A stretch of DNA of 64,000 nt from Bdellovibrionota bacterium (GTDB lineage Bacteria > Bdellovibrionota_C > UBA2361 > JBGSMV01): positions 75,854 to 139,853 of the forward strand of contig JBGSMV010000015.1 of the NCBI GenBank assembly GCA_041739995.1, read 5' to 3'. Below are positions 9,271-19,051 of the stretch, piece by piece; positions within the stretch are counted from its first letter, which is position 1, and every line of letters begins with the position of its first letter. Both the position numbers and the translations under genes were made by a program. Below the pieces are notes generated by a model. That model was given only the letters and a program-made list of their open reading frames with translations. It made no database searches and was not told the origin of the DNA.

Positions 9271-11481
9271 ATGGCGAAACATTCTTCTCAACCTATTCGT
9301 AGGCTCCTGATTGCCAATCGCGGCGAAATTGCGTGCCGCATTATTCGATCCTGCAAATTAGCTGGTATTACTCCCCTTGCGGTCTTCTCCGAAGCGGATC
9401 GATACGCGCTGCACACCAGGCTTGCAACCGAGTCGCTGTGCATAGGGGAAGGCGAGGCTCAAGCCTCATATCTCAATGGCAAAGCGGTACTTGATGCAGC
9501 GATTGCACTGAAAGCTGACGCGATACATCCAGGCTATGGATTTCTTTCTGAGAATGCTGAATTCGCCAAACAAGTTGAGCAGAAAGGAATACGGTTCATC
9601 GGCCCCTCACCTGAAAGTATGCGCGCGGTGGGCGACAAACTCGCCGCCAAAGCACTCGCTGCTCTTGCCAAGGTTCCCGTTGCCGCCAGCATTGGAATCT
9701 CAGTCTCTACCAGCAAGGGCAAAGATGCGGGTAAGGTCTCCAATCTTGAAGCGCTTAAATCCTTCACTAAGACAGTCGGTTTTCCGATCATTGTGAAAGC
9801 TTCTGGCGGCGGTGGCGGTCGCGGCATGCGCAAAGTCTACAAAGCAACAGAGCTTGAAGAGGCGATTGCGAGTGCGTCGCGCGAAGCACAAAGCGCTTTC
9901 GGCAATGCCACTGTGTTTTGTGAGAAGCTAATAGAAAATGCGCGACATATTGAAGTGCAAATTCTAGGCGACCATCACGGTACTGTCCTGGCACTTTCTG
10001 ATCGTGACTGCACCATGCAGCGCAAACATCAGAAAGTGCTCGAAGAAGCCCCCGCGCCGGCACTTGAAGCACATGTTCGCCAAGCTCTGCATCAGTCGGC
10101 CGTCAGCCTGATGAAAGCGGCGAAGTACGCGAATGCAGGCACCGTGGAGTTTCTGCTCGACAAGGCAGGTTCGATTTATTTCCTTGAGGTGAACTCTCGG
10201 CTGCAAGTCGAGCATCCAGTCACCGAGATGGTTCTGGGGATTGACCTAGTAGCATTGCAAATAGCGGTAGCAGAAGGGGCCAAGCTTACCGACTTGCTTC
10301 CTAATGGACTTAGCGTTTGCGGTCACGCCATTGAAGCGCGAGTGTGCGCCGAGAATCCAGAGACTGGTTTTATCCCGTCGACCGGAATGCTCAGCACCTT
10401 CTCTACTCCTCAGCAGAGCACTTCTTACTTCGAGAGCGCTGCGCCTTCGTCCGGTACACTACTTCGTGTTGACACCGGATTCGAACGCGGAGACAGAATT
10501 TCTCACTTCTATGATTCGCTTGCCGCCAAGGTAATCGTGCATGCTCCCAATCGCGCTGAGGCAATCACCTCCTTGCGTGCCGCGCTCAGCAACTTCCTCA
10601 TTGAAGGCGTGCACACCAATCGTCACTATTTACTCTCTCTCCTCAAAGAAGAGTCTTTCGCCAAGGTTTCGCACTCTATCGACTCTGCTGGCTCAATTCA
10701 GACGCAGATCTCCCCGCGCGAGCGTTGGTTTGCTGTTGTTGCCGCCGCGCTCTGGGAAATTCTTGGCAGCGGACAAAGCACCGGCAGAACAGCTCGCCAC
10801 ACTCAAGGTGGCCTGCCAAATGCTATTGGCGCATGTGGTAGCACATCCTCCTCCCTCTCTCCTTGGTCGCTCGAGATGGGCCATCGACAGAGCGCGAGAC
10901 AATCCGGCGCAGAATCGTCAGGCACCACGAGTTTTCAACGTTGCATGTTGGTGGATTCTCTTCCTTGCCAGGTTGAGATCTCAGGCTTGGGACTCGATTC
11001 CACGCACTCGCTTACTGCAACAGTGAAAGTTTCGAACGACGGCGCAGCCCTTTTAAGCGGAAGAGTCCAGGCCTCCATATCCAAGACCGGCGCTCTCGCA
11101 TTTACATTCGAGTCTATTGGGCGAGAGTTTTTCTTTAGCGCCAAGGCTTTGGAGCGCTTCAATCGCGGCGAAGGTATTTGGGTCCATGGACAAACGGCGA
11201 CATTTCGGATCACCCTCGTCCGAGAGAAGCTTCGCACTCATTCATCTAAAGAGAGCGCACACAGTGGAGAGATTACAAGCCATCTACCCGGCAAGATTTT
11301 GTCCCTGAAGGTCAAGGTCGGTGATACAGTCGCCCAGGGTGACGTGCTCGTGGTGTTAGAATCCATGAAAATGGAGCATCGCATTGAAGCTCCCTCGGCT
11401 GGCCGCGTCAGGGAAGTCTCTGTGACGAATGGTCAGACGATCGAGGCCGGAAAGATCTTGCTTTCAGTTGAAACTAACTAG
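9271..11481 (+). CDS. liuD: Biotin carboxylase/biotin carrier (alpha) subunit of acyl-CoA carboxylase
   Basis: LLIANRGEIA, HPGYGFLSEN, GGGGRGM, EVNSRLQVEHPVTE, biotinylation motif ESMKME; follows the beta subunit. Confidence 0.88.
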   Translation: MAKHSSQPIRRLLIANRGEIACRIIRSCKLAGITPLAVFSEADRYALHTRLATESLCIGEGEAQASYLNGKAVLDAAIALKADAIHPGYGFLSENAEFAKQVEQKGIRFIGPSPESMRAVGDKLAAKALAALAKVPVAASIGISVSTSKGKDAGKVSNLEALKSFTKTVGFPIIVKASGGGGGRGMRKVYKATELEEAIASASREAQSAFGNATVFCEKLIENARHIEVQILGDHHGTVLALSDRDCTMQRKHQKVLEEAPAPALEAHVRQALHQSAVSLMKAAKYANAGTVEFLLDKAGSIYFLEVNSRLQVEHPVTEMVLGIDLVALQIAVAEGAKLTDLLPNGLSVCGHAIEARVCAENPETGFIPSTGMLSTFSTPQQSTSYFESAAPSSGTLLRVDTGFERGDRISHFYDSLAAKVIVHAPNRAEAITSLRAALSNFLIEGVHTNRHYLLSLLKEESFAKVSHSIDSAGSIQTQISPRERWFAVVAAALWEILGSGQSTGRTARHTQGGLPNAIGACGSTSSSLSPWSLEMGHRQSARQSGAESSGTTSFQRCMLVDSLPCQVEISGLGLDSTHSLTATVKVSNDGAALLSGRVQASISKTGALAFTFESIGREFFFSAKALERFNRGEGIWVHGQTATFRITLVREKLRTHSSKESAHSGEITSHLPGKILSLKVKVGDTVAQGDVLVVLESMKMEHRIEAPSAGRVREVSVTNGQTIEAGKILLSVETN

Positions 11482-11603
11482 TTTTGCCTTGCGAAGACCC
11501 GGCAATCCAGCCCGCACTCCTTTATGCGAGCACTCAATGCTCATTTCAAATGGTTAAGGCGGGTCGATGATTTGGGTGTCCAAATCTCTTCAACCAGATT
11601 CAT

Positions 11604-12269
11604 TTAAGTCTTTCGAAAGATTCTTACATTCTTGTGCGGCGTTTCCATTCGCCAGTTATAGCATGCTGCGATCCAAACAAACGTTTGCGGCTGATAAAAC
11701 GAGACATGCGTAAAATCTCGTAAGTACCACCAAGTCTCAAATGGAAAAGTTCCATCGAAAACTTCAGTCATAATGACTAGGCTACCGCCCGGGGCGAGTA
11801 ACTGATTGACCTGCCTGAATTCCTTTGCAGGGATATGAAAATGCTCAATTGTTTCAGTGGAAATTATAAAATCGTACTGATCGGTTGCGAGAAATTCTTT
11901 CGGCGCAAAGTAAGGATCATAATTCTCAATACTGAAGCCTGATTCGGTGAGCATGGCCGCCACCACTGGCTCAGGACCAGAACCATAATCAAGTCCTCGC
12001 ATCCCGTTTCGTAAGGTTGGAAGAAGTGGCTCAAGCGCACGATTTAAAAACTCTCGATATTGAAGATTATCTATAGAATTTTCGTGCATTTCATAGCGTT
12101 TGCGCTCCTCATTTTGATTGGGACGCAAATTAGGATGGAGCGATATGAGTCCGCAGTTCGCGCATTCACAGTATCCGCGAGCGTTTGGGATACTCCTTGA
12201 TATTAGAACATTATGGGCGCACAGCGGGCAGGCTTTCATTTCCTTCTCGAGAGTCACCATTACCTTCAA
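11604..12269 (-). CDS. Class I SAM-dependent methyltransferase with N-terminal zinc ribbon
   Basis: CPLC...CANC, GLDYGSGPEP, YDPYF, WWYLRDFTHVSFY. Confidence 0.88.
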   Translation of the reverse strand: MKVMVTLEKEMKACPLCAHNVLISRSIPNARGYCECANCGLISLHPNLRPNQNEERKRYEMHENSIDNLQYREFLNRALEPLLPTLRNGMRGLDYGSGPEPVVAAMLTESGFSIENYDPYFAPKEFLATDQYDFIISTETIEHFHIPAKEFRQVNQLLAPGGSLVIMTEVFDGTFPFETWWYLRDFTHVSFYQPQTFVWIAACYNWRMETPHKNVRIFRKT

Positions 12270-12288
12270 TCGTTAACTTTATTTAAGC

Positions 12289-12320
12289 TTCTTAGGGAAC
12301 TGTTTTCTTAGGGAACTGTT
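12289..12320. repeat. Perfect 16-bp tandem duplication TTCTTAGGGAACTGTT x2
   Basis: Identical copies at 12289-12304 and 12305-12320. Confidence 0.9.
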
Positions 12321-12381
12321 ATTGTCGAGACTTGATGAGCAAACACATCTGCAAACAGCGGGCCATCACCAGAAAAGTTCT

Positions 12382-12446
12382 GGGACACCCATACTCTTAG
12401 CATTGAGAATCTCAACCCATTCCAAATGGTAAGAGATTGGGTGCCC
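12382..12446. repeat. Imperfect palindromic REP-like element
   Basis: GGGACACCCATACTCTTAGCATTGAGAAT versus ATTCCAAATGGTAAGAGATTGGGTGCCC; related sequence at 11542-11590. Confidence 0.6.
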
Positions 12447-12488
12447 TAAGCTCCACTCTATCAGCTTCAGCACTGGGATAAAGAAACA

Positions 12489-13631
12489 TCAAATACCGGA
12501 TAGCAACTTAAACTCTCGCAAGTACCCCCCTGCCACGAAGGCCGGGGAAAGTTCTAGTCGACGGGTCTGATTAGCTTCGAGCGCCTTAAGATAGTCACCG
12601 CTCTCTATGCACTCCGCTATCTTTGCAGCGCCTGCGCTCCAGTCAGCACTCTCTATGTCCTCAAGATTACTATAGGGAACTTTTATCACTGAAAGCTTCT
12701 CAGAAACCTCAGCTGAATTCATTTCAAGGACCACGGGGATACTAAATCCACGGTGCAGGGAGCCGGAGTTCTCACCTGTCCTGACCTTAGCTCCAAGATG
12801 ATAGAGCTGAAGATTAAAGGTCAGATTGATTTGGCGTGGCATCACATCCTCATGACACACCACCACCAGCGGGTGGGATGGTCTATTTATCGGAAGCGAG
12901 AGCCGAGAAGCCTGCACAAGCTCAAAGGACGGTAGACCGGCTTCAACGAACATTTCGTCCAATAGCGTGAGCTGAAGCTCAGAGCTTGGCGCCCCTCCAA
13001 GATAGCCAATGACAGAGAGATCGGCGTGATTCATAAGCAGCGACGCGAGAACACGCACCGCATGCCTAACGGAACGCATTTCACCCCAGATGGTGTGCGC
13101 TCCAACGATAATTGGATCGATCTGTCGCGGAGCTTCTTCCAAAGTAGGCGAATCAAAAAATCCATGCGCGATGTCCATGCAAGCAAGCCCTGTCGCTAAT
13201 AGTGCTTGGTCTTGCAAGTGCCAGGAGCCAAGAAGCGCTATTCTTGCTGCTGACAAGGATTCAAATCGCCAACCCTCAAGCTCTTCATGAAACCGCTGCT
13301 GAATTTCATCGGGGCGATGCATCAAAATTATGGTCGGAGCTGAGTTCCGTCGGACTCGGTCTGGTAGGGCCCTAAATATCTCCCTGTCATATTCTGCCGA
13401 ATGGGGTGCTCCGTGAATCTGCACGAGTAACGGCGAATTGGTGCCAAAGCGTTCGTAAATCTCATCAGCAGAGGAACTCAAAAACGTGGGAACGCCGAGA
13501 ACATCGAAACCTTGCTTCAGTATGCCACTAGAATAGTGAAGCAATGTCGGTGCGCCGAGAATCGAAATGAACTTCATTGACAATACACTTTCCCCCAGTA
13601 GGAGAGAGAAGACCATAGCTGCGGCAGCCAA
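12489..13631 (-). CDS. Hypothetical alpha/beta protein (weakly glycosyltransferase-like)
   Basis: 380-aa ORF; likely start MKFISILG at 13577; alternating beta/alpha pattern with His motifs (QIHG, LMHRP, IAHGFF). The fold is a guess. Confidence 0.5.
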   Translation of the reverse strand: MAAAAMVFSLLLGESVLSMKFISILGAPTLLHYSSGILKQGFDVLGVPTFLSSSADEIYERFGTNSPLLVQIHGAPHSAEYDREIFRALPDRVRRNSAPTIILMHRPDEIQQRFHEELEGWRFESLSAARIALLGSWHLQDQALLATGLACMDIAHGFFDSPTLEEAPRQIDPIIVGAHTIWGEMRSVRHAVRVLASLLMNHADLSVIGYLGGAPSSELQLTLLDEMFVEAGLPSFELVQASRLSLPINRPSHPLVVVCHEDVMPRQINLTFNLQLYHLGAKVRTGENSGSLHRGFSIPVVLEMNSAEVSEKLSVIKVPYSNLEDIESADWSAGAAKIAECIESGDYLKALEANQTRRLELSPAFVAGGYLREFKLLSGI

Positions 13632-13873
13632 TCGGCGCGAGCTGCTCCAAGCTCACATCAGAAATTTCAAATTTTGCACAATCTTAAGCGCCAACGCCTC
13701 GACCTGTCGGCAGAGATTTCCGCGTCTCTTAAAGAGTCACTAAGCCACTGTAACCTCAGTAAATTTTGAATGGTTGAACTTTTTGGTACTCCACCGATAG
13801 TGGCCACACACCTGAATTATTTGCGGGGTGTGGTTTGAGGTGTAGTTCCAGGTCCTCGATTCAACCGTGATGT

Positions 13874-14551
13874 CTACAAAGTCACGGCTTTGACTGGGTG
13901 CACCGATTCGCCATCGTAGATCCCCGCAGTGTCCTTAACCAGTTTTAGCAGCTGCGCTTTAAGCTCTCGTGAAAGGTTGCGCCCAGTCACCTCCCGGTAC
14001 TCATGCGGGCAAAAACCGAGGTAATTTACCCAAACCACCAGATCGAATGGCCCTGCTTTCAGAGAACTCAGCAACGATTGGTCTAAGTCCATCACTACGT
14101 GCTTGTACGGCTCAGGGGAGCTTTCACGAATGTCGACTCCTATGACATCCATGCCCAGAGCACTAAGAAATCTCGCTCTCCACGGTTCGAATTGAACTCC
14201 ATTGACGCTGACAAACAAAGGTCCAGGCTGAACCCGAGCTCCGCAGGCCACATCTAAGCACTGCAGTCCCTTCAAGGTAGAGAGGCCCCCAAAGAAACTT
14301 CCAACCGCCAGTGAGGTATCCAATAAGCGGTGCTCAATTCGTCTTGTGGTGAATTCATCGGCAGAATCTTGAAGTGGGACCAGAAGGTCGCGAATAACTT
14401 CTCGCAAAGTCCTGCCATCCGGCACTATGTGTTCAAGTTGGAACCGATCACCCAAGTGCTTCGGAAGATTATCCAGGGAACGAAAAATCGCCCCATCACT
14501 ACTCGGTAGGAATAATAAGTCCCGAGCGCTCGCGCGTGGTTGAGGATCCAT
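13874..14551 (-). CDS. Methyltransferase-like protein
   Basis: LKGLQCLDVACGA (motif I), VIGVDI, GPFDLVV. Confidence 0.6.
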   Translation of the reverse strand: MDPQPRASARDLLFLPSSDGAIFRSLDNLPKHLGDRFQLEHIVPDGRTLREVIRDLLVPLQDSADEFTTRRIEHRLLDTSLAVGSFFGGLSTLKGLQCLDVACGARVQPGPLFVSVNGVQFEPWRARFLSALGMDVIGVDIRESSPEPYKHVVMDLDQSLLSSLKAGPFDLVVWVNYLGFCPHEYREVTGRNLSRELKAQLLKLVKDTAGIYDGESVHPVKAVTL

Positions 14552-14617
14552 GCAGCGCAGTTTAGAGCGATTCCATACCTAATCAAACTGCGGCGGGGAG
14601 GCCCCCACCACCGGTGC

Positions 14618-16483
14618 CTACACGAAAGAAATATCTGCTGAATAGGGGGAATGCCTCAGGAACAATGCACGAGGAAGCACTTCCACCTTAACTCCGCTAA
14701 GAAAGCGCGCATGATGATATCCCACGGCCGCGATCCTCGCATCGCTCCGAATATCGCGAACCAAACAACGAACTTCAGCGCTCGCAAGCGTTCCATTCTC
14801 GAGAGCTGGCGTTCCAAAAGGCTGCATAGCAACCAGATGAGGCAAGGCGCGCATAGAGGTGACGACTTCGATACTACCGCACGCCGCGGCGAGAAGTGCG
14901 CCCATGCGAGCGAGCCGCATGGCTCTTCCCGTTGACGTTAGCTGGGCATTCACCGCGTCGCTTAAGCACTGAGTGCCGCGATAGAAGCCCGAAGCTCCCT
15001 CTCCACCCGGATTGGTCAACACCTGAGCGAGAGTCCTGTACCAGCTAGCGGCAACAAACGTCTCGGCAGAATCTCGTGGCACAGGCGCATCCTCCCACTG
15101 AACCCCAGAAGCAGCGCGAATCTCAAGTAACTTCGCTGCCCGTTCGCTTTGCTTAGTGAGCACACACCAAGAAGCAAGGCGACATAAGGTCATATCAGCA
15201 TCAATTCCAAGAGTTCCTGCCTTAGCCGCCGAAGACTCCACCGCAGACCACGCCACCGCCTGTTGCTCGCCTGATCCAAACGCGTGCACAATCTGAAAGG
15301 CCTGGCTCGCCTCAACAAACAGTTCACGCCCAGTCTCGAGAAAGAGGTCTCTGGTGGGAACCTCCTTTCCTGAAAGAATCATGGCTGCTTGCTTGATGCC
15401 ATGTGCAAGATTCGCCACGGGTTGACTCTCTCCGCCCTCGGCTGGACACGGAGAAATTTCAATAGCGCGCTTTACGAAGGTGATCGCTTCTGAAAACCTC
15501 CCTGCTCTTAAACTCCCTTCGGCCAAGTCGCAGCGCGCACTACTATTGGCAAACGAGGTCGCTCGCGAAAGCATCCGCGAAATTCGAGAATCGACCTCAG
15601 CCAATATTAAATTGTCTGGGTCACATCTGGCGAAACCATTTCGTATTTCGCAAAGAATCGGCAAAATTAACGCTGAGGGAACTGCTTCAGAGACAGCACC
15701 TTCACTCAACTCCTTACCTCGAAGGATCTCCCAAGCCTCTACCGGAGCTCCAACCCGACAGAGCGCAGCAACTACACTGGGCAAGCCGTGGGCAGCACCG
15801 GAAACGCTGGTCGACGGGCTCAGCAGTTCGACGCTCTCGCGGACAAAAGCCGCCATCGATGGCACGGCCTCTAATTTCAGGTGAGATTGCTCTGTAAATG
15901 CCCGCAGGACACCGAGCCGCGCGGCAGGCTGCGCAGCGTCAGGGAGCTCCGCGAGTTGTTTGCGCACTTGTTTAAGGACTTCTTCGGCACCTCTAAACAA
16001 TCCGCTCCTGGTAAAGTAAGCTCCTAGCGAAGCATGTAATGCCGCAGCTTCAATTTGGGCTTCCAGTGGCGCTATCTCATCGATAGGACGAGAAGCGAGG
16101 GTTCCACGCCTAAGGACATCTGCAATCTTCACCGCTACGGCGCCGGTCACCACGCCATCTTTTTCACGTCCTGGCTGAGATCCCGATCCAAGTACCATTC
16201 CCGCCTGCCCAAAAATCATTCCAATTTCTAAGGCTGTTTGCGGAGCTGAACTAAGCACTCGAGGCGATAGAGACAGATGAAGCGCCTGAGATACAAAGAA
16301 AGGGGCGAGAGTCTGGTTCCACAACGAAGTGCGTTGGATGCGCACGAGCTGCTCTTGAGCATTGGGGGCACGAAAGCCTGTGAGCCCTCGATCACTCGAC
16401 GCTCCACTCGCGCTATAATCTGAACCAGCACCGGAAGACGGCGAATTCTGAGAACTAAAGTGGACCATCGACGAGGCAAGCAA
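14618..16483 (-). CDS. Hypothetical alpha-helical repeat protein
   Basis: 621-aa Ala-rich ORF with a TPR-like segment (LRAGRFSEAITFVKRAIEISP). Confidence 0.55.
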   Translation of the reverse strand: MLASSMVHFSSQNSPSSGAGSDYSASGASSDRGLTGFRAPNAQEQLVRIQRTSLWNQTLAPFFVSQALHLSLSPRVLSSAPQTALEIGMIFGQAGMVLGSGSQPGREKDGVVTGAVAVKIADVLRRGTLASRPIDEIAPLEAQIEAAALHASLGAYFTRSGLFRGAEEVLKQVRKQLAELPDAAQPAARLGVLRAFTEQSHLKLEAVPSMAAFVRESVELLSPSTSVSGAAHGLPSVVAALCRVGAPVEAWEILRGKELSEGAVSEAVPSALILPILCEIRNGFARCDPDNLILAEVDSRISRMLSRATSFANSSARCDLAEGSLRAGRFSEAITFVKRAIEISPCPAEGGESQPVANLAHGIKQAAMILSGKEVPTRDLFLETGRELFVEASQAFQIVHAFGSGEQQAVAWSAVESSAAKAGTLGIDADMTLCRLASWCVLTKQSERAAKLLEIRAASGVQWEDAPVPRDSAETFVAASWYRTLAQVLTNPGGEGASGFYRGTQCLSDAVNAQLTSTGRAMRLARMGALLAAACGSIEVVTSMRALPHLVAMQPFGTPALENGTLASAEVRCLVRDIRSDARIAAVGYHHARFLSGVKVEVLPRALFLRHSPYSADISFV

Positions 16484-16622
16484 AAAACGCCGTTATGGGC
16501 GTAACACATTGAGCGCGTTGTACTCCTATAGATATGGGTAAGCTAGTGCCAATCGTACGTCTAACGAAACTTAAATAACGCTGGAATGTGGACTAAGATT
16601 TTGTAGTTATTAAGTAAATCTT

Positions 16623-17099
16623 TTAGACGAGGTTCATTTCATGCACGATCGCGAGCACTTCCTTAGTCTCGACCAGGCGTAAATTGTCGTCCCATGGAAC
16701 TCGAACGCCCGCGTGCTTTCCGATCAAAACAATGGCTCCCAGGGGAATTCCACTGATATTCGACTCCTCGTCGGAACCCTGATCGCTGGCGGTTGCCACC
16801 TCTAATACCTCAGCCAAAACACTCTCCGAAGCCGCTGCCTTAGCTCCTTCTGGAAGATATAATCCCCCGTCGGACACGTTGCTGTCCTTGCGGATGCTCA
16901 CCAGAACCCGCATTCCTATCGGACTAACCTTCCGGATGCGTCGATGGTCTCCAAAACGCACCGAAGACGTTTTTCCGCGACCTCCCTCGGCTCGAAGATT
17001 CTGCAGCTCTTCGTTCATTTCCTGCTCAATCGTACGTTCAAGCAGGTCATCTTTTTTCTTTGGACCGTTGGACATTCGGAGCGCCTCATCAATCATCAC
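16623..17099 (-). CDS. GroES/Cpn10-like co-chaperonin with N-terminal extension
   Basis: VSPIGMRVLV, mobile-loop-like SDGGLYLPE, AEVLEV, GAIVLIGKHAG, EVLAIV. Confidence 0.8.
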   Translation of the reverse strand: MMIDEALRMSNGPKKKDDLLERTIEQEMNEELQNLRAEGGRGKTSSVRFGDHRRIRKVSPIGMRVLVSIRKDSNVSDGGLYLPEGAKAAASESVLAEVLEVATASDQGSDEESNISGIPLGAIVLIGKHAGVRVPWDDNLRLVETKEVLAIVHEMNLV

Positions 17100-17353
17100 G
17101 TCTAGGAAAGCCCCTCAGTGGAGCGGAAACGAACTCGGATAGTGTACTGGGATGTAGATTCTAGCAACTAACGGCTCCCTCAGAGGCATTTCACGCCTGT
17201 CCTACATGTTGTTTGGGCATATTTCGCTTCGAAGCAGGGGGCGCGGACCGGGAGGCTTCGAATATTGGAAAGAAATCGAGCGAAAGTTGTTCTCAGAGTG
17301 CCCTAGAACAGTTATTCTGACTCCCCAGCAACTGAGAAGGTTCGTTTTTCATC

Positions 17354-17466
17354 AGTGCATAGAATCACACGAGTGACACTCGGTCGGGCGCCACGAGTCA
17401 GGCGCTTTTTCGAGGTCTACTCGGAGCGGCGAGTTTCGTGGCACGCCGAGTGATTCTTCGTTGCAC
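17354..17466. ncRNA. Candidate structured RNA or leader upstream of gltA (family unassigned)
   Basis: Nested pairs AGTGCA/TGCACT, AGAATCAC/GTGATTCT, CTCGG/CCGAG, GCCACGA/TCGTGGC, CGCT/AGCG form a long irregular hairpin. Confidence 0.35.
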
Positions 17467-17678
17467 TTGGCGGATCAAATCCGACTTTCTTAATTTTAGC
17501 TCTGGCTTAATTTAGCCCTGGCTTTAGCTCTCGAGCACGCTCCGTTGCATTTTGTTCTGAGTGGCTTTGGAACTCCGCGCGTTGGAGGCCCACGGTCAAC
17601 GACTCGGTTCACGGAAGGAATGCCGCGAAGTGTGAAGATAAATTTTAAAGGTCCGCCTGATTTTCTTAATGGGGTCAT

Positions 17679-18980
17679 ATGGGTGAGAAAGCAACCTTAC
17701 AGTTTGGTAAAGATCAGGGCGGTAAGGAGCCAATTGAATTAGATGTCGTAGTCGGCACTGAGCAAGAGCGCGGCATAGACATCACTCGCCTTCGAGAAAA
17801 AACCGGATACATCACACTCGATCCAGGCTTCGTAAATACTGGCGCGTGCAAGAGCGCGATTACATTCATTGATGGAGACAAAGGCATTCTTCGTTATCGA
17901 GGAATTCCTATAGAGCAGCTTGCAGAAAAATCGACCTTCCTTGAGACCTCATTCCTTGTGCTCTTCGGCAAGCTTCCGACGCAAGCAGAACTGACAAGAT
18001 TCACCAATGAAATTAGCGCACAGACCTATCTTCATGAGGATCTAAAAAGCATCTTTTCCGCCTTCACTCGCGACGCGCATCCGATGGGCGTGGTAGGATC
18101 GATGTTGCATGCGCTCGCCGCTGTGTACGAGAGCGAGCCTGGCACTCGCGAAGAGTTGTTTTACGTGAACACCATCCGCCTACTCGCACAGTTTCCAACC
18201 ATTGCCGCGTTCGCCTACAAGCGCTTGGTCGGTCAGCCCTTCATGTATCCTGATCATAAGCGTGAATACTGCGAAAATTTTCTCTACATGATGTTTGCAC
18301 TCCCGACTGTAGACTACGCGTCGGAAAAGGAAGTGGTTGAAGCGCTTAATTTGTTGCTTATTCTGCACGCTGATCACGAACAGAACTGTTCAACTTCAAC
18401 AGTGCGTCTGGTGACTAGCAGCCACGCCAATCTGCAGGCATGCATGGCAGCCGGCATCTCCGCTCTATGGGGCCCACGGCACGGCGGTGCCAACCAAGAA
18501 GTAATCGAAATGCTCGAGCAAATTCGGGTGAACGGTGGTGGCGTGCAGCGCTACGTTGAAATGGCCAAGGACAAGGATAGTTCTTTCCGACTGATGGGTT
18601 TCGGACATCGAGTGTATAAGAACTTCGATCCCCGCGCGAAGATCATTAAGACCGCCTGCGACAAGCTGCTTAACAAACTGAAAGTAAGTGACCCCTTGCT
18701 TGATATCGCTCGCGAACTTGAGGCGGCCGCATTGAAGGATTCATACTTCGTTGAGCGAAAGCTCTACCCGAACGTCGATTTCTATAGCGGTATCATGTAC
18801 CGCGCCATGGGAATTCCAGTGAACTTCTTCACGGTGATGTTCGCGCTTGGCCGATTGCCGGGATGGCTCGCACACGCGAAAGAGCTCATTGATGACACCT
18901 CAAATAAGATCGGTCGACCAAGACAGGTATACGTCGGCCCAGCACTCACCAACTACACTCCAATTGCCGGACGAAGCTAA
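17679..18980 (+). CDS. gltA: Citrate synthase (type II)
   Basis: ILHADHEQNCSTS, LWGPRHGGAN, LMGFGHRVYKNFDPRA, YPNVDFYSG. Confidence 0.97.
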   Translation: MGEKATLQFGKDQGGKEPIELDVVVGTEQERGIDITRLREKTGYITLDPGFVNTGACKSAITFIDGDKGILRYRGIPIEQLAEKSTFLETSFLVLFGKLPTQAELTRFTNEISAQTYLHEDLKSIFSAFTRDAHPMGVVGSMLHALAAVYESEPGTREELFYVNTIRLLAQFPTIAAFAYKRLVGQPFMYPDHKREYCENFLYMMFALPTVDYASEKEVVEALNLLLILHADHEQNCSTSTVRLVTSSHANLQACMAAGISALWGPRHGGANQEVIEMLEQIRVNGGGVQRYVEMAKDKDSSFRLMGFGHRVYKNFDPRAKIIKTACDKLLNKLKVSDPLLDIARELEAAALKDSYFVERKLYPNVDFYSGIMYRAMGIPVNFFTVMFALGRLPGWLAHAKELIDDTSNKIGRPRQVYVGPALTNYTPIAGRS

Positions 18981-19051
18981 CGACCCCAAATCTCGATCGC
19001 ACCAGCATCACTGGCTGGAAGCTTTCTTTGGGAAAATTTCGTTGAGGTTTA

